From the NCBI GenBank assembly GCA_044358215.1, contig JBIKOE010000001.1, positions 8,818 to 72,817 on the forward strand: a stretch of DNA of 64,000 bases. The letters are read 5' to 3'. A program made the position numbers and the translations under genes. The notes under the pieces are model-generated. The model made no database searches. It saw only the letters and a list, made by a program, of their open reading frames with translations, and had not been told where the DNA came from. The first letter of the stretch is position 1; the number at the start of each line of letters is the position of its first letter. This DNA is from Crocinitomicaceae bacterium (GTDB lineage Bacteria; Bacteroidota; Bacteroidia; Flavobacteriales_D; Crocinitomicaceae). This document shows positions 9,112-19,549 of this stretch, one piece after another.

Positions 9112-11700
9112 TTACCTCAATAAATTAATGTGACCAGAAATAATTTTAAAACTATCAATATCAGGATTTTTGTATTTGATTGTAAATGAATAAAGTCCTT
9201 CTTTGCATAATTTATTATTAAAAATACCATCCCAAGCAGTTAGATGGTTTTTAGAGACAAAAATAATTTCTCCCCAACGATTGTAAATTGTGAATTCATA
9301 ATTCGAAGGATCAAAACCTGTTGTAAATATCGGCAAGAAAGAATTATTGAATTCATCACCATCTGGCGTAAAAGAATTTGGAACATAATAAATATCATCA
9401 CCTTTAATTTGAATTAAATGCTCTATCGAATCCAAACAACCATCAACAGAAATTACAAGCAATTCAATTAAATAGTCTCCTTCTGAAAAAGGATAAGAAT
9501 AATCAATCGTATTTAAATTATTTTCTAATTGATTGTCATCGCCGAAATCCCAGATATTAGAGACACCACCACTACTATTATTCGTAATTGTAATAGTAGG
9601 ATCATCACTTGTCAACAAAGTACGATCTATACTAAAATCTGCAATTGGATTAGGATTAACAGTAACAATAGATTCAACGGTGTCAGAGCAGATGTATATA
9701 TTGAACCCAATAACCTCATAAGTTGATGTTTGACTCGGAGAAACTAAATTTTGATTTGAACTACTATTAGAAACGACTGGGGAAATGCCCCATTGATAAA
9801 TAGTTGCTCCACTAACATCAATTTGAACGCTTTTACCAGAACACATTTCTTGGTCAGAGGTAATTAATAATTCAGGCTTTGGATTTACTGTTATTGTTAC
9901 TAGCTCTGAACCAATGCAACCATCAGCTAGTGTTGTTGATGTAACTGTGTAAACAATATCTTGTGGGACAAAACTAAAATTTATAAGTGTATTATCAATA
10001 GTTGAACTTAAAATTGGTAGTATACTAGCTCCATTTATATTTGGATTGGCAGCAGCTACCCATGAAAAAGTACTTGGAATATTTGATGTCAATGGAAGAT
10101 TTAAAGGCGTTTCAGAACAAATAACTCCATTTATAGGACTTGTTAGTATTGGGCTTGCATTAATTGTAACTGTTACTGCTTGTGCTTGTCCAACACAAGC
10201 ATCAGCTGTTGTTGTTGGTGTAATTGTATAAATAACATTTTGATTAGTTGTAGTTGTATTAACTAGTGTATTATTAATGGTGGGACTTACCGTTGGAGTT
10301 GTTGTTTCTCCAATTATAGTAGCGCTAGAAGCTGCTAACCAGGAATATGAGCTCGGTAGATTTGATGTCAAAGCAAAATTTAAGGTTTCGCCCGAACAAA
10401 TCACTTCTGTAGAAGGACTGGTCATAGTTGGAGTAGGATTAACAGAAATAGAAACTGTTTGTGGTAATCCTAAACAAGCTCCAGGATTTGATGAAGGTAT
10501 AACAGTATAATCAACAGTTTGGGGAATTAAAGTGGAATTAATAAGTGTGTTATTGATTGTAGGATTTGTGATTGCTGATATCGTACTTGCTCCAGTAACA
10601 TCAGGATTTATAGCTGCCAACCAGGAATAATTAACACTTGCAACATTAGATGTTAAAGGAAAATTTAAGGGTATACCTGAGCAAATTACTCCTAATACAG
10701 AACTTGTCATTGTTGGGATTGGGTGAATTGTAACAGAAATTTGATCTGTAGTAGGACAGGCACCTATATTTGTAAGTAATGTTGTTGAAACAGTATAAAT
10801 ATAGGTTATTGGCAAAGCAGTAGTATTTGTTAACGTTAAAGTAGGATTAGATACAGTGGTTGAACTTAAACCCAAAGCAGGAGACCATGCATATGAATAG
10901 AGTGGATTATCAGAAACGCCAATACTCAAAGGAATATCACTACAAGAAGATCCATTCACTGGACCCGCATCTGAAATTGCTTGCTCAGTGTAAATGATGA
11001 CATTTCTAATCGAATGCAAATCATACAAATTACCTGTACTCCCTGTAAACCCAACATATCCGTTAAAAGCTACGGGGGATGTTGCCTGTAAAAGCTGAAC
11101 GTTATTTACGAATACCGTAACCAATCCGTTGTTGTAGGTAATTTTAACCGGTTGATAGGTTGCATTTCGCAAATAATCCAATAAACCACCTGAATTTTGA
11201 ATCTTTGGAGTCGCAGGTAAGCATTCGTCATACCCTATTCCATTGAAAATTTGAATTTCTGGATTTGTGCCTCCCTGACTACAATTGTCATATGTATCGA
11301 TTACGATCTTAAGTCCATTTGCTGTTCCTGGAATACCAATTCCATTACCATCTACAAATCCAGCTGGTGGGACATCTATTAAACAAAAGGCTAAACCATC
11401 AGCCGCACTTCCACCTGAAATTCGGTATTCAAATTCTACGGTCCAATTCTGACAAAATGTAAGGTTGATTGGCGTGTTGTAAAAAACACCTCCGGACTGA
11501 TTATTTGTATTATTGGTAAGAATAATTTCATTACTGAACGCATCAACATCACCTGGAGTATCGCCAATAAATGCATTTCCTGTTAAATTCCAACCTATAG
11601 TATTTAACGGATTTCCTATTAATTCTCCAAAAACATAATTCTGAGCAAATTCATATCGTGAAATTAAAAGGAATAAAAGGAATAAAATAATTCGGAACAT
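9112..11700 (-). CDS. T9SS type B cargo adhesin: L-type lectin domain, PKD-like repeats, gliding-motility C-terminal domain
   Basis: 862 aa with a signal peptide. Residues about 20-240 show legume-lectin signatures (LTN..NQSGGVFY, ADGLAFCL, KIVIDTYDN, VKITYNNGLVTVFV, GYVGFTGSTG...H). Three to four repeats of about 90 aa follow (P.MTS...VICSG..LNF.LTSN..S..SW.AA). The C-terminus is YYVPNSFTPDGDEFNN...IYNRWGEIIF...WDG. Confidence 0.85.
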   Translation of the reverse strand: MFRIILFLLFLLISRYEFAQNYVFGELIGNPLNTIGWNLTGNAFIGDTPGDVDAFSNEIILTNNTNNQSGGVFYNTPINLTFCQNWTVEFEYRISGGSAADGLAFCLIDVPPAGFVDGNGIGIPGTANGLKIVIDTYDNCSQGGTNPEIQIFNGIGYDECLPATPKIQNSGGLLDYLRNATYQPVKITYNNGLVTVFVNNVQLLQATSPVAFNGYVGFTGSTGNLYDLHSIRNVIIYTEQAISDAGPVNGSSCSDIPLSIGVSDNPLYSYAWSPALGLSSTTVSNPTLTLTNTTALPITYIYTVSTTLLTNIGACPTTDQISVTIHPIPTMTSSVLGVICSGIPLNFPLTSNVASVNYSWLAAINPDVTGASTISAITNPTINNTLINSTLIPQTVDYTVIPSSNPGACLGLPQTVSISVNPTPTMTSPSTEVICSGETLNFALTSNLPSSYSWLAASSATIIGETTTPTVSPTINNTLVNTTTTNQNVIYTITPTTTADACVGQAQAVTVTINASPILTSPINGVICSETPLNLPLTSNIPSTFSWVAAANPNINGASILPILSSTIDNTLINFSFVPQDIVYTVTSTTLADGCIGSELVTITVNPKPELLITSDQEMCSGKSVQIDVSGATIYQWGISPVVSNSSSNQNLVSPSQTSTYEVIGFNIYICSDTVESIVTVNPNPIADFSIDRTLLTSDDPTITITNNSSGGVSNIWDFGDDNQLENNLNTIDYSYPFSEGDYLIELLVISVDGCLDSIEHLIQIKGDDIYYVPNSFTPDGDEFNNSFLPIFTTGFDPSNYEFTIYNRWGEIIFVSKNHLTAWDGIFNNKLCKEGLYSFTIKYKNPDIDSFKIISGHINLLR

Positions 11701-11792
11701 GCACTATAAATTAATTTAATTTTAAGACGTAATTAACAACTTAAGGTTGCTAAAATTAGTTTATTTATTTTAAATTTATAAATTACTTAGTG

Positions 11793-11800
11793 TAACTTTG
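11793..11800 (+). promoter_or_regulatory. -7 promoter box TAACTTTG upstream of zwf
   Basis: Exact TAnnTTTG match 32 nt before ATG 11833. Confidence 0.35.
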
Positions 11801-11832
11801 ACACATTAAACCATCTTTTTCATTTAATTGAC

Positions 11833-13314
11833 ATGACACAAAAAAATCGCCATACAGAAGAATTCATTCCCTTTAACCTTGTTGTTTTTGGTGGTGATGG
11901 CGACTTAGCCTTGCGCAAAATATATCCTGCATTATTTCACAGAGACCAAGACGGGCAGTTTTTGACAGATTACAATGTTATTGCAGTTACAAGAAAAAGT
12001 GTTTCTGAATCAAGTTTTAACGAAAACCTACTAAAATTCCTCAAGGAAAGTGCAGAAGAAGACACTATAGAGAATGACATTACCATTTTTTCAAAAAAAG
12101 TGCAATTAATACAAGTAGCGGAAGCGAAAGAAGCGGCTTATTTAGAATTAGCGACTTACCTAAATAAATTCTCTTCTTATCAAAATATTTTTTATTTTTC
12201 AACTCCCTCCTCTGCTTTTGGACCAATTGCTGAAACTTTAAAGTCGACTGGTTTAATTAAGAAAAATAGCAAAGTTGTATTAGAAAAGCCTTTGGGATAC
12301 TCCTTAGAATCTTCAAATGAAATCAACATTCAAATCACAAAAGCATTTTCTGAAAAACAAATTTATCGTATAGATCACTACCTTGGAAAAGAAACTGTCC
12401 AAAATTTAATGGTTTTGCGTTTTGCAAATAATTTATTTGAACGAGCATGGGATTCAGAACACATTGATAACATTCAAATTACTGTTTCAGAAAGTTTAGG
12501 AGTTGAAAAACGTGCAGCTTACTACGATAATAGTGGAGCACTTTTAGATATGGTTCAAAATCATTTACTGCAACTTCTTTGTTTAGTAGCCATGGAACCA
12601 CCACACTTATTGGAAGCAGACGAAGTTAGAAATGAGAAATTAAAAGTCTTGAGAGCTCTGCGCCCAATTTCTAAGAAAAATATTGCTAGCCATACCGTTA
12701 AAGGTCAATATACTCGCGGTAGTATTAAAGGAGAACAAGTTAATTCCTACTTAGAGGATATCGAGGAATACCAATCCAAGACTGAGACTTTTGTAGCAAT
12801 AAAAGCTTATGTAGATAATTGGAGATGGAAAAATGTTCCTTTCTATATCCGAACTGGTAAAAGAATGGTTAAGCGTTATTCTGAAATCGTTATTAATTTC
12901 AAGGAAGTTCGTCACAATATATTTCCTTCAAAGGAAAAATTAAACAATAATAAACTCATCATTCGCTTACAGCCTGAAGAAAGAATTGAGCTCGTTCAAA
13001 TGACAAAAGTTCCCGGTCCTGGAGGATATCGCTACAAACCCATCGCCCTAAAATTAGATTATATTGATTCTTTTAAAGAACGATTTCCAGAAGCTTATGA
13101 GCGACTCATTATTGACGTAATTCGCGGAAATCAAACTTTATTTATGCGACAAGATGAACTTCAAGCTGCTTGGTCTTGGATTGAGTCAATAACTTCTAGC
13201 TGGAAATCTACAGGTCAAAATAATGTTTTATACGAAGCTGGTACTTGGGGGCCGGGAGATGATATTTTAGAGGAAAATGATTCATGGATTACAAAATCAT
13301 GGAGAGATCAATGA
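11833..13314 (+). CDS. zwf: glucose-6-phosphate dehydrogenase
   Basis: 493 aa with GGDGDLALRKIYPALF and RIDHYLGKE signatures. Confidence 0.95.
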   Translation: MTQKNRHTEEFIPFNLVVFGGDGDLALRKIYPALFHRDQDGQFLTDYNVIAVTRKSVSESSFNENLLKFLKESAEEDTIENDITIFSKKVQLIQVAEAKEAAYLELATYLNKFSSYQNIFYFSTPSSAFGPIAETLKSTGLIKKNSKVVLEKPLGYSLESSNEINIQITKAFSEKQIYRIDHYLGKETVQNLMVLRFANNLFERAWDSEHIDNIQITVSESLGVEKRAAYYDNSGALLDMVQNHLLQLLCLVAMEPPHLLEADEVRNEKLKVLRALRPISKKNIASHTVKGQYTRGSIKGEQVNSYLEDIEEYQSKTETFVAIKAYVDNWRWKNVPFYIRTGKRMVKRYSEIVINFKEVRHNIFPSKEKLNNNKLIIRLQPEERIELVQMTKVPGPGGYRYKPIALKLDYIDSFKERFPEAYERLIIDVIRGNQTLFMRQDELQAAWSWIESITSSWKSTGQNNVLYEAGTWGPGDDILEENDSWITKSWRDQ

Positions 13315-13967
13315 GACTACATGCTTCAAAAGAAGAGTTAGAAGATGCTCTTTTACAAGATATCAAGTTCATAATTAGTGAAGATATTATTAAGTTTGGA
13401 AAAGCAAAATTACTTCTTTCAGGTGGAAGTACACCAAGTGGATTGTATCGTAAATTAAGTTCAACTCAACTAGATTGGTCTAAAGTTATCGTTGGTTTAG
13501 TTGATGAACGATTTGTGGAAAATTCAAGTGATTATTCAAATGAAAAATTAATAAAAACATGCTTTTTGATTAATGAAGCTAAGAATGCAACTTTTATTCC
13601 AATGATTTTTAATACCGATAGCGAAGCGATAAATTTATTAAGGACAAATGAAAGTTATACTATTTTTAATGAAGCAAGTGTTATCATTTTAGGAATGGGT
13701 GAAGATGGACATACTGCATCTCTTTTTCCAAACGACAGTGATTCAAATAAAGCTATGGATTCTGAACAGAATATTTTTTTTACAAATTCTCCCTCAAATC
13801 CCACAAGAAGAATAAGTTGCACTCCAAAATTGCTGCTTTCTTCAAAAAATATTTTCTTAATGCTTACCGGAGAAAATAAAAAAGAAGTACTTTTCAGTGC
13901 TGCAAAAAATAAGTTGCCTATTTCACATTTTATTGAGTCTATAACAGAGATTTATTATTCGAAATAA
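13311..13967 (+). CDS. pgl: 6-phosphogluconolactonase
   Basis: LLLSGGSTP and GMGEDGHTASLFP motifs. I prefer ATG 13311, which forms an ATGA overlap with the zwf stop. The ORF-track start at 13284 is also possible. Confidence 0.85.
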   Translation: MRLHASKEELEDALLQDIKFIISEDIIKFGKAKLLLSGGSTPSGLYRKLSSTQLDWSKVIVGLVDERFVENSSDYSNEKLIKTCFLINEAKNATFIPMIFNTDSEAINLLRTNESYTIFNEASVIILGMGEDGHTASLFPNDSDSNKAMDSEQNIFFTNSPSNPTRRISCTPKLLLSSKNIFLMLTGENKKEVLFSAAKNKLPISHFIESITEIYYSK

Positions 13968-13974
13968 ACCAATC

Positions 13975-15774
13975 ATGAATCAACGAATTTTAGAAGTTAC
14001 AAAACGCATAGTAGAGAGAAGTAAAGTTTCTAGAGCTATTTATCTTGATCAGATGCAATCTGCCTATTCTGATGGAGTTGCCAGACAAGCGATGCACTGC
14101 GGAAATCTTGCACATGCTTTTGCTGCATGCGGAACTACTGATAAAAATAATCTTTCTGAAGAAAAAGTTCCAAATATTGGAATCATTACAGCATATAATG
14201 ACATGCTTTCAGCACATAAAACCTACGAAAACTATCCTGCTGAACTCAGAGCTTATGCTCAAAAATACAATGCTGTGGCTCAAGTAGCTGGCGCTGTTCC
14301 TGCTATGTGTGATGGAGTTACACAAGGTCAGCCTGGCATGGAATTATCTTTGTTTAGCAGAGATGTAATAGCACTTTCTACTGCAATTGGGCTTTCTCAC
14401 AACATGTTTGATGCGGTTTTATGCTTGGGAATTTGCGATAAAATTGTTCCTGGCTTATTAATGGGCTCACTTCGTTTCGGGCATCTTCCGACAGTTTTTA
14501 TTCCTGGGGGACCAATGCCAAGTGGTATTAGCAATGAGGAAAAAGCAAGTATTCGCCAATCTTTTGCTGAGGGGAAAATTGGAAGAGCCGAATTATTAAA
14601 GGGAGAATCTGATTCTTACCATTCTCCAGGAACGTGTACATTTTATGGAACTGCCAATAGCAATCAAATGCTAATGGAAATTATGGGTTTACAACTTCCA
14701 GGTTCAAGTTTTGTAAATCCTGGCACTGAATTAAGAGCATTATTGAATGAGGAAGCTGTAAAAGTAGCTGCAAATAATAGTCAGTTAGGACTTGAGGGCT
14801 CACTTTCTAACTTAATAACAGAAAAAGTAATTGTGAACGGAATTATTGGCTTACTTGCAACTGGTGGATCTACAAATCATACAATACATCTTATAGCAAT
14901 TGCGCGAGCTGCAGGAATTATTATTAACTGGTCTGATATGTCAGATTTATCTGATGTTGTTCCTTTAATTACAAGAATGTATCCGAATGGTGCGGCAGAT
15001 GTCAATCATTTTCATGCTTCTGGAGGAATGGGATTTGTTATTCATACACTACTTGAAAACAATTTGCTTCATGAGGATGTCCATACAATTCTTGGAAAAG
15101 GCTTAAAAAAATATACGCAAGAACCAAAAATTGAAAACAAACAATTAGTTTGGAAAGAAGGCGCAAAGGAAAGCTTAAATAATTCAATAATCCGTCCGGT
15201 TAACGATCCGTTCTCCGAGCATGGTGGAATTAAAATTTTAAAAGGGAATATTGGTAGAGCTGTAATAAAAACAGCTGCAGTAAGTGAGGAGCATTTAGTA
15301 ATTGAAGCTGAAGCACAAGTATTTTATGAGCAAGAAGACTTAATTAAAGCATTCAAAAATGGAGAACTTGAGAAAGATTTTATTGCAGTTCTTCCTTTTC
15401 AAGGACCAAAGCAAAATGGAATGCCAGAATTACATCAACTTACTCCAACTCTAACAATACTACAAAAAAAAGGATTTAAAGTTGCCTTGGTAACTGACGG
15501 AAGAATGTCAGGCGCCTCAGGTAAAGTTCCTGCTGCAATTCATTTAAGTCCCGAAGCATTTGATGGTGGAATGATTTCTAAAATCAGAACTGGAGATATC
15601 CTTCTCTTAAATGCTGTTTCTGGGGAATTAAATTGCATGAATGAATCCGAAGTAAATAGTAGAGAAGCGACACAAATCAAAAATGACAATACTATTGGCT
15701 TTGGCAGAGAATTGTTCGGAAATCTCAGAGCATTAGTTTCTGGAAGTGAGGATGGCGCAAGTTTTTTAATCTAA
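13975..15774 (+). CDS. edd: phosphogluconate dehydratase (Entner-Doudoroff)
   Basis: 599 aa, collinear with E. coli Edd as I recall it (RI.ERS...[51 protein letters not shown]). It resembles Edd more than IlvD. Confidence 0.9.
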   Translation: MNQRILEVTKRIVERSKVSRAIYLDQMQSAYSDGVARQAMHCGNLAHAFAACGTTDKNNLSEEKVPNIGIITAYNDMLSAHKTYENYPAELRAYAQKYNAVAQVAGAVPAMCDGVTQGQPGMELSLFSRDVIALSTAIGLSHNMFDAVLCLGICDKIVPGLLMGSLRFGHLPTVFIPGGPMPSGISNEEKASIRQSFAEGKIGRAELLKGESDSYHSPGTCTFYGTANSNQMLMEIMGLQLPGSSFVNPGTELRALLNEEAVKVAANNSQLGLEGSLSNLITEKVIVNGIIGLLATGGSTNHTIHLIAIARAAGIIINWSDMSDLSDVVPLITRMYPNGAADVNHFHASGGMGFVIHTLLENNLLHEDVHTILGKGLKKYTQEPKIENKQLVWKEGAKESLNNSIIRPVNDPFSEHGGIKILKGNIGRAVIKTAAVSEEHLVIEAEAQVFYEQEDLIKAFKNGELEKDFIAVLPFQGPKQNGMPELHQLTPTLTILQKKGFKVALVTDGRMSGASGKVPAAIHLSPEAFDGGMISKIRTGDILLLNAVSGELNCMNESEVNSREATQIKNDNTIGFGRELFGNLRALVSGSEDGASFLI

Positions 15775-16803
15775 AACATTATCTTTATTTCGTGTTAAAA
15801 AAGATGCCGCAATTGATGCAAGCAATACCCCAAATATTAGAGAAAGTGAGAAAGAAGATGAAATATGAAAAATTGGAGCTAACAACATCTTGAATCCAAT
15901 AAAAGTTAAGATAATAGCTAATCCATATTTTAATTTTGAGAAAATATCAAGTGAATTAGACAATAAAAAAAACATAGAACGCAAGCCTAAAATTGCAAAC
16001 ACATTTGATGAGTAAAGGATAAATGGATCATTTGGAGCAATGGAAAAAATTGCAGGAATGGAATCAACGGCAAATAATAAGTCAGTAAATTCAACAATTA
16101 AAAGGACTAAAAATAATTTAGTAGCTACTAATTTCTTATCGATGCGTGTAAAAAATTTAGCTCCGTCATACTTTGGTGAAATCCTAAAAAACTTTGTTAA
16201 AATCCGTGAAAATAAATTATTTTCATAATCTTTTTTTTCATTTCCTTCAGACTTTAAAACAGATTTTATTCCAGCGAAAATTAAAAAAATACCAAATATG
16301 GTAATTATAACATTTATACGTAAAAAAGTATTTGTCTGAAAGTCAACTGATGAATCTACATCACCTGAAAAATGTAAACCGGCAAAATCAAATGCTGGTA
16401 AATAACTCAATTTTATTAGCTTGAAGCCAACAAAAATAAAAATAGCACGAAAAATAAATGCACCAATAATACCCAACAAAAGAACTTTTTGCTGTAGTAC
16501 ACGATCAATTTTGAAATAACTAAAAATTAGTATAAAAACAAATAAATTGTCAACAGAAAGAGCTTGCTCAATCCAATAAGCAGACTGAAATTGGGTGAAT
16601 TTTTCAAAACCTGACTGCCACCATATAAAACCACTAAATAACATTGATAAACCAATCCAAATACTTGTCCAAATTGCTGCTTCCTTGTTAGAAACTGAAC
16701 TAGTGCGTTTACTTAAAAGCACTAAATCATATAAAAATATTACTAAAACAACAAATGTGAATACAATAACGATTAAAGGATTAGAGGAAAGTATTGAGTC
16801 CAT
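15766..16803 (-). CDS. TerC/Alx-family integral membrane protein
   Basis: Multi-TM protein with DNLFVF and AVDSIPAIF motifs. I re-called the start to ATG 16803, because the ORF-track TTG start at 16821 lies inside the predicted -7 box. Confidence 0.8.
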   Translation of the reverse strand: MDSILSSNPLIVIVFTFVVLVIFLYDLVLLSKRTSSVSNKEAAIWTSIWIGLSMLFSGFIWWQSGFEKFTQFQSAYWIEQALSVDNLFVFILIFSYFKIDRVLQQKVLLLGIIGAFIFRAIFIFVGFKLIKLSYLPAFDFAGLHFSGDVDSSVDFQTNTFLRINVIITIFGIFLIFAGIKSVLKSEGNEKKDYENNLFSRILTKFFRISPKYDGAKFFTRIDKKLVATKLFLVLLIVEFTDLLFAVDSIPAIFSIAPNDPFILYSSNVFAILGLRSMFFLLSNSLDIFSKLKYGLAIILTFIGFKMLLAPIFHISSSFSLSLIFGVLLASIAASFLTRNKDNVLD

Positions 16804-16818
16804 ACAATAATGAGTCAA

Positions 16819-16826
16819 CAAAAGTA
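16819..16826 (-). promoter_or_regulatory. -7 promoter box TACTTTTG (minus strand) for the terC-family gene
   Basis: The plus strand reads CAAAAGTA, and the box ends 16 nt upstream of ATG 16803. Confidence 0.35.
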
Positions 16827-16909
16827 ATAAAAAGAGCAGAATAAAATAGGAACAAAATGAAACTAAAAATTATATTCTAGTATTTCGCTAAAGATTCAAA
16901 TCAATGGAT

Positions 16910-16917
16910 TATTTTTG
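16910..16917 (+). promoter_or_regulatory. -7 promoter box TATTTTTG upstream of trxB
   Basis: Exact TAnnTTTG match. It lies downstream of the ORF-track ATG at 16904, which supports ATG 16931 as the true start. Confidence 0.4.
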
Positions 16918-16930
16918 CAGTAAAAAAAGC

Positions 16931-17881
16931 ATGAATTCTACTGTCGAACACATCAAATGTTTAATTATTGGATCTGGTCCTGCCGGCTATACAGCAGCTA
17001 TTTATGCAGCCCGAGCAGATATGCAACCCGTTATGTATCAAGGACTTCAACCAGGCGGACAATTAACGACAACAAATGAGGTAGAAAATTTTCCTGGCTA
17101 TGCAAATGGAATTTCTGGTCCAGCAATGATGGTAGAACTTGAAGAACAAGCTAAACGGTTTGATACAGATGTTAGAGCTGGATTTATAAATAAAGTAGAT
17201 TTTTCTGGAGATATCCATAAATGTTGGGCAGACGATGGTAAAGAAATTCATGCTGAAACAGTAATTATTTCTACTGGCGCCTCTGCAAAATATATAGGGT
17301 TAGAAAGCGAACAGAAATACCTTCAACTCGGAGGTGGTGTTTCTGCTTGTGCTGTATGTGATGGCTTTTTCTACCGCGGACATGATGTTGTGATTGTTGG
17401 AGCTGGAGATTCTGCTTGTGAAGAAGCACATTATCTATCAAAACTTTGCAAAAAAGTAACCATGCTTGTCAGAAAAGACGATTTTAGGGCTTCTAAAATT
17501 ATGGCGCAACGCGTTCGAAAGACGGTAAATATCGAAATCTTATTTAATACAGAAACACTTGAGGTTTTAGGTGATGGACAAGTTGTAACTGGAGCTAAAG
17601 TAATAAATACAGCGACAAAAGAAGAAAAAGTAATTTCATGTACCGGTTTTTTTGTTGCTATTGGACATAAACCAAATACTGATGTATTTAAGGATTTTAT
17701 TTATTTAGACGAAGTTGGATATATTAAGTACGAAGAACCAGGAACTAGTAAGACAAATGTTGCAGGTGTTTTCGTAGCTGGGGATGCCGCAGATAAAACA
17801 TATCGACAAGCTGTAACAGCTGCAGGAACTGGTTGCATGGCTGCATTAGACGCAGAGCGTTATTTGGCTGCTAAGCATTAA
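16931..17881 (+). CDS. trxB: thioredoxin-disulfide reductase
   Basis: GSGPAGYTAA FAD motif, CAVCDG redox centre, GAGDSACEEA NADPH motif. Confidence 0.95.
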   Translation: MNSTVEHIKCLIIGSGPAGYTAAIYAARADMQPVMYQGLQPGGQLTTTNEVENFPGYANGISGPAMMVELEEQAKRFDTDVRAGFINKVDFSGDIHKCWADDGKEIHAETVIISTGASAKYIGLESEQKYLQLGGGVSACAVCDGFFYRGHDVVIVGAGDSACEEAHYLSKLCKKVTMLVRKDDFRASKIMAQRVRKTVNIEILFNTETLEVLGDGQVVTGAKVINTATKEEKVISCTGFFVAIGHKPNTDVFKDFIYLDEVGYIKYEEPGTSKTNVAGVFVAGDAADKTYRQAVTAAGTGCMAALDAERYLAAKH

Positions 17882-17903
17882 ATCTTCAGCAAAGTTTTTT
17901 TCG

Positions 17904-17911
17904 TAATTTTG
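17904..17911 (+). promoter_or_regulatory. -7 promoter box TAATTTTG upstream of bshC
   Basis: Exact TAnnTTTG match 39 nt before ATG 17951. Confidence 0.35.
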
Positions 17912-17950
17912 TAGTGCTTTCAATTTTGAAGTTGAATTGCGCAGTTCATT

Positions 17951-19549
17951 ATGAAAATTCAAAGTACAAAAAGACTAGCCACTAATTTTTTTTCAGAAAA
18001 AGATCTCTTGCTCTCTGAAAGTCAAGACGAACTATCCGACTTTATTGGAATTCCATTTTCAAAAAAAGCCTTTCAAAAACAAGCACTGCTCAAATCCAAT
18101 GAATTTAGTCCTGAGAAAAGAGAATTATTGGTAAAAGTCCTTCATAAAAATTACGCTACAATTGAAGGAAATCAAATAAGTCTAAAAAATATCTCAGCAC
18201 TTAAAAATGAAAACTGTTTTACAATTACGACAGGTCATCAATTAAGTTTATTGACAGGTCCAATTTATTTTATTTATAAAATTCTTCATGTTATAAAACA
18301 ATGTGATGAGCTTAAAGTCTCTTATCCTGATTTGCAGTTTGTTCCGGTCTATTGGATGGCTTCTGAAGACCACGACTTCGAGGAAATTAAGTCATTTATG
18401 CTTTTTGGAAATGAAATTAAATGGAATACCGAACAAAGTGGCGCAGTCGGAAGAATGACACTTGATGGTCTTCAGGAAGTAAAAAATAAAATAGCAGACG
18501 TTTTTCAAAATAATGATAGTTCTGAAGTAAAAGAGTGGATTGACAAATTAAATGGTGAAACCTATGGAGAAGCTTTTTTTAAATTAATTCATCATCTGTT
18601 TGGGAGATACGGATTGCTAATTTTAGACGCTGATAATCCAAACCTAAAAAAAGCGTTTTCTCCAATCTTAAAAGAGGAATTAACTTCTTTTTTTACAATG
18701 GAAGAAGTCCTCAAAACAAATAAAAGACTATTAGCAAGAAACATTAAACCTCAAGTAAATCCAAGGGAAATCAATTTATTTTTTCTTTCAAAGCACAAAC
18801 GAGAACGAATTATTTACGAAAATAATAAGTACAACATTGGAGATCAGTATTTTTCAATAGAAGAAGTATTGCAAATGTTGGAAAAAATGCCGGAGTCCTT
18901 TTCACCAAATGTAATTTTACGTCCTTTATACCAAGAATTTACCTTGCCAAATTTGAACTATGTTGGAGGTCTTGGTGAATTAAATTACTGGTTACAACTA
19001 AAATCAAGCTTTGAAAGAGTAAATCTAACTTTTCCACTTATTCAAGTTCGAAGTAGTCTTATTTGGATTGATAATTCAACTAAAAATAAAATGAATTCTG
19101 TTAGACTTACAGAAGCCGATATTTTTAAAACAACTAATGAACTAACAAAGTCATTTATTAGTGGAAATGAAAAGGATACAATTGATTTTTCAGAGATTAA
19201 CGAACATGCAAGTAACTTAAAAAAAGAAATTTTAACTAAGTCCTTAGCAATTGATCAAGCGCTAAATCCATTTATAGAAGCTGAAATAACTAGAATTGAA
19301 AAACAATTAGAGGCTATTCAAAGTAAATTGAAAAAATCTGTCAAATTAAAACACGAAAAAGCACTAAAAACCATAGGTCAAATTAAAGAAAAATTATTTC
19401 CGAATAATAATTTACAAGAACGCTCTCTAAATTTTTTGCAACTTTGTAAAAATGGTGGAATTTCGTCTTTTACAGAAACTATTTTTCAAACTATTGCCCC
19501 ATTTAACAGTGATATTTTAATTTTAACAGAAGAACATGAAGCAAAATAA
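17951..19549 (+). CDS. bshC: bacillithiol biosynthesis cysteine-adding enzyme
   Basis: 532 aa. TITTGHQLSLLTGPIYFIYKILHVI and PVYWMASEDHDFEE match the BshC (YllA) signatures, and there is a C-terminal coiled coil. Confidence 0.85.
   Translation: MKIQSTKRLATNFFSEKDLLLSESQDELSDFIGIPFSKKAFQKQALLKSNEFSPEKRELLVKVLHKNYATIEGNQISLKNISALKNENCFTITTGHQLSLLTGPIYFIYKILHVIKQCDELKVSYPDLQFVPVYWMASEDHDFEEIKSFMLFGNEIKWNTEQSGAVGRMTLDGLQEVKNKIADVFQNNDSSEVKEWIDKLNGETYGEAFFKLIHHLFGRYGLLILDADNPNLKKAFSPILKEELTSFFTMEEVLKTNKRLLARNIKPQVNPREINLFFLSKHKRERIIYENNKYNIGDQYFSIEEVLQMLEKMPESFSPNVILRPLYQEFTLPNLNYVGGLGELNYWLQLKSSFERVNLTFPLIQVRSSLIWIDNSTKNKMNSVRLTEADIFKTTNELTKSFISGNEKDTIDFSEINEHASNLKKEILTKSLAIDQALNPFIEAEITRIEKQLEAIQSKLKKSVKLKHEKALKTIGQIKEKLFPNNNLQERSLNFLQLCKNGGISSFTETIFQTIAPFNSDILILTEEHEAK

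Noticed and set aside
9529-10510. Several plus-strand ORFs (61-77 aa) antisense to the lectin adhesin gene.
   Set aside because: The Thr/Ser/Asn-rich repeat coding sequence leaves the antisense frames stop-poor, and there is no independent evidence for them.
16804-16930. I looked for a yybP-ykoY manganese riboswitch upstream of the TerC-family gene, since that family is often controlled by one.
   Set aside because: The leader is only about 16 nt after the predicted -7 box. The whole 127-nt gap is AT-rich and lacks the conserved GGGGAGUAG-type core, so there is no room for the element.
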